A DNA stretch of 64,000 nucleotides, taken from assembly GCF_022045235.1 (NCBI RefSeq), contig NW_027266266.1, positions 23,436,001-23,500,000 on the forward strand. Reading direction: 5' to 3'. The translations under genes were made by a program, and so were the position numbers. Of this stretch, positions 63,796-64,000 are shown in pieces (positions within the stretch are counted from its first letter, which is position 1; each line of letters begins with the position of its first letter). Below the pieces are notes generated by a model that saw nothing but the letters and a program-made list of their open reading frames with translations, did no database searches and had not been told where the DNA came from. Origin of the DNA: Haliotis cracherodii. Its lineage: Eukaryota.

Positions 63796-64000
63796 TTAAG
63801 CGTCGTTTTTGTTGGAGGTGAAGACTCTCTTGATCAGACTGATGAAGCGGGACAGCAAGGTTCTCAGGAAGGACTGGGGTGGGAGTGGTTGTGTGTCTTC
63901 CTCACGGCCGAGGTCGATCTCCACAAAGTCGGTGTCAACCATAATGACGTGGCCGGTGATGTTGACAGAAACAGAGACAGGGGCTGGGTCGGGGACAGAG
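63796..64000 (-). CDS. Array gene copy 10, exon 3 partial (cut by the window end)
   Basis: Open frame to TAA at 63796-63798; synonymous changes plus one A>T. Confidence 0.65.
   Translation of the reverse strand, partial: SVPDPAPVSVSVNITGHVIMVDTDFVEIDLGREEDTQPLPPQSFLRTLLSRFISLIKRVFTSNKNDA

Larger units (their letters stand above)
4890..64000. repeat. Head-to-tail tandem array, ~10 units (central period ~4.93 kb, flanking units 6.8-10.5 kb)
   Basis: The homologous stop codon recurs at 7682, 14882, (deleted ~22310), 26788, 31723, 36655, 41584, 46529, 53281 and 63796. Spacings: 7200, -, -, 4935, 4932, 4929, 4945, 6752, 10515. Confidence 0.98.

Noticed and set aside
4890-64000. Whole unit as a single composite mobile element
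   Set aside because: No unit-bounding TIR, LTR or TSD and no mobilising enzyme; the pattern fits tandem segmental amplification.

Overview
Eukaryotic genomic DNA, probably from a mollusc (abalone-like SINE content; this is inference). Positions 1-~4890 are a decayed Polinton/adintovirus-type segment: pPolB N-terminus, small ORFs, and broken hexon-like and penton-like capsid genes. From ~4.9 kb to the window end there is a head-to-tail array of ~10 units. The central units are ~4.93 kb and nearly identical; the flanking units are 6.8-10.5 kb and more diverged. Each complete unit carries a spliced minus-strand 3-exon gene that the ORF track reports only in fragments. It encodes a predicted 111-aa protein I do not recognise: MQSSSCVQERMFHPAFTPAATPVPRRRPCVYHPEPLSTLPTSYTSVPDPAPVSVSVNITGHVIMVDTDFVEIDLGREEDTQPLPPQSFLRALLSRFISLVKRIFTSNKNDA. 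An RFX X-box-like and YY1-like motif cluster lies upstream, and a frameshifted older paralog of the last exon lies downstream. Units also carry co-amplified transposon debris: a 5'-inverted Penelope GIY-YIG fragment with a hammerhead-like motif, tRNA-derived SINEs, (AAAC)n-tailed SINE-like repeats, LINE fragments and a hAT-type MITE. Unit-private insertions are an internally deleted LTR element (17631-20193) and a TA-TSD CCCAG-ended DNA transposon (57240-60918). All calls were made by eye; no database search was run.
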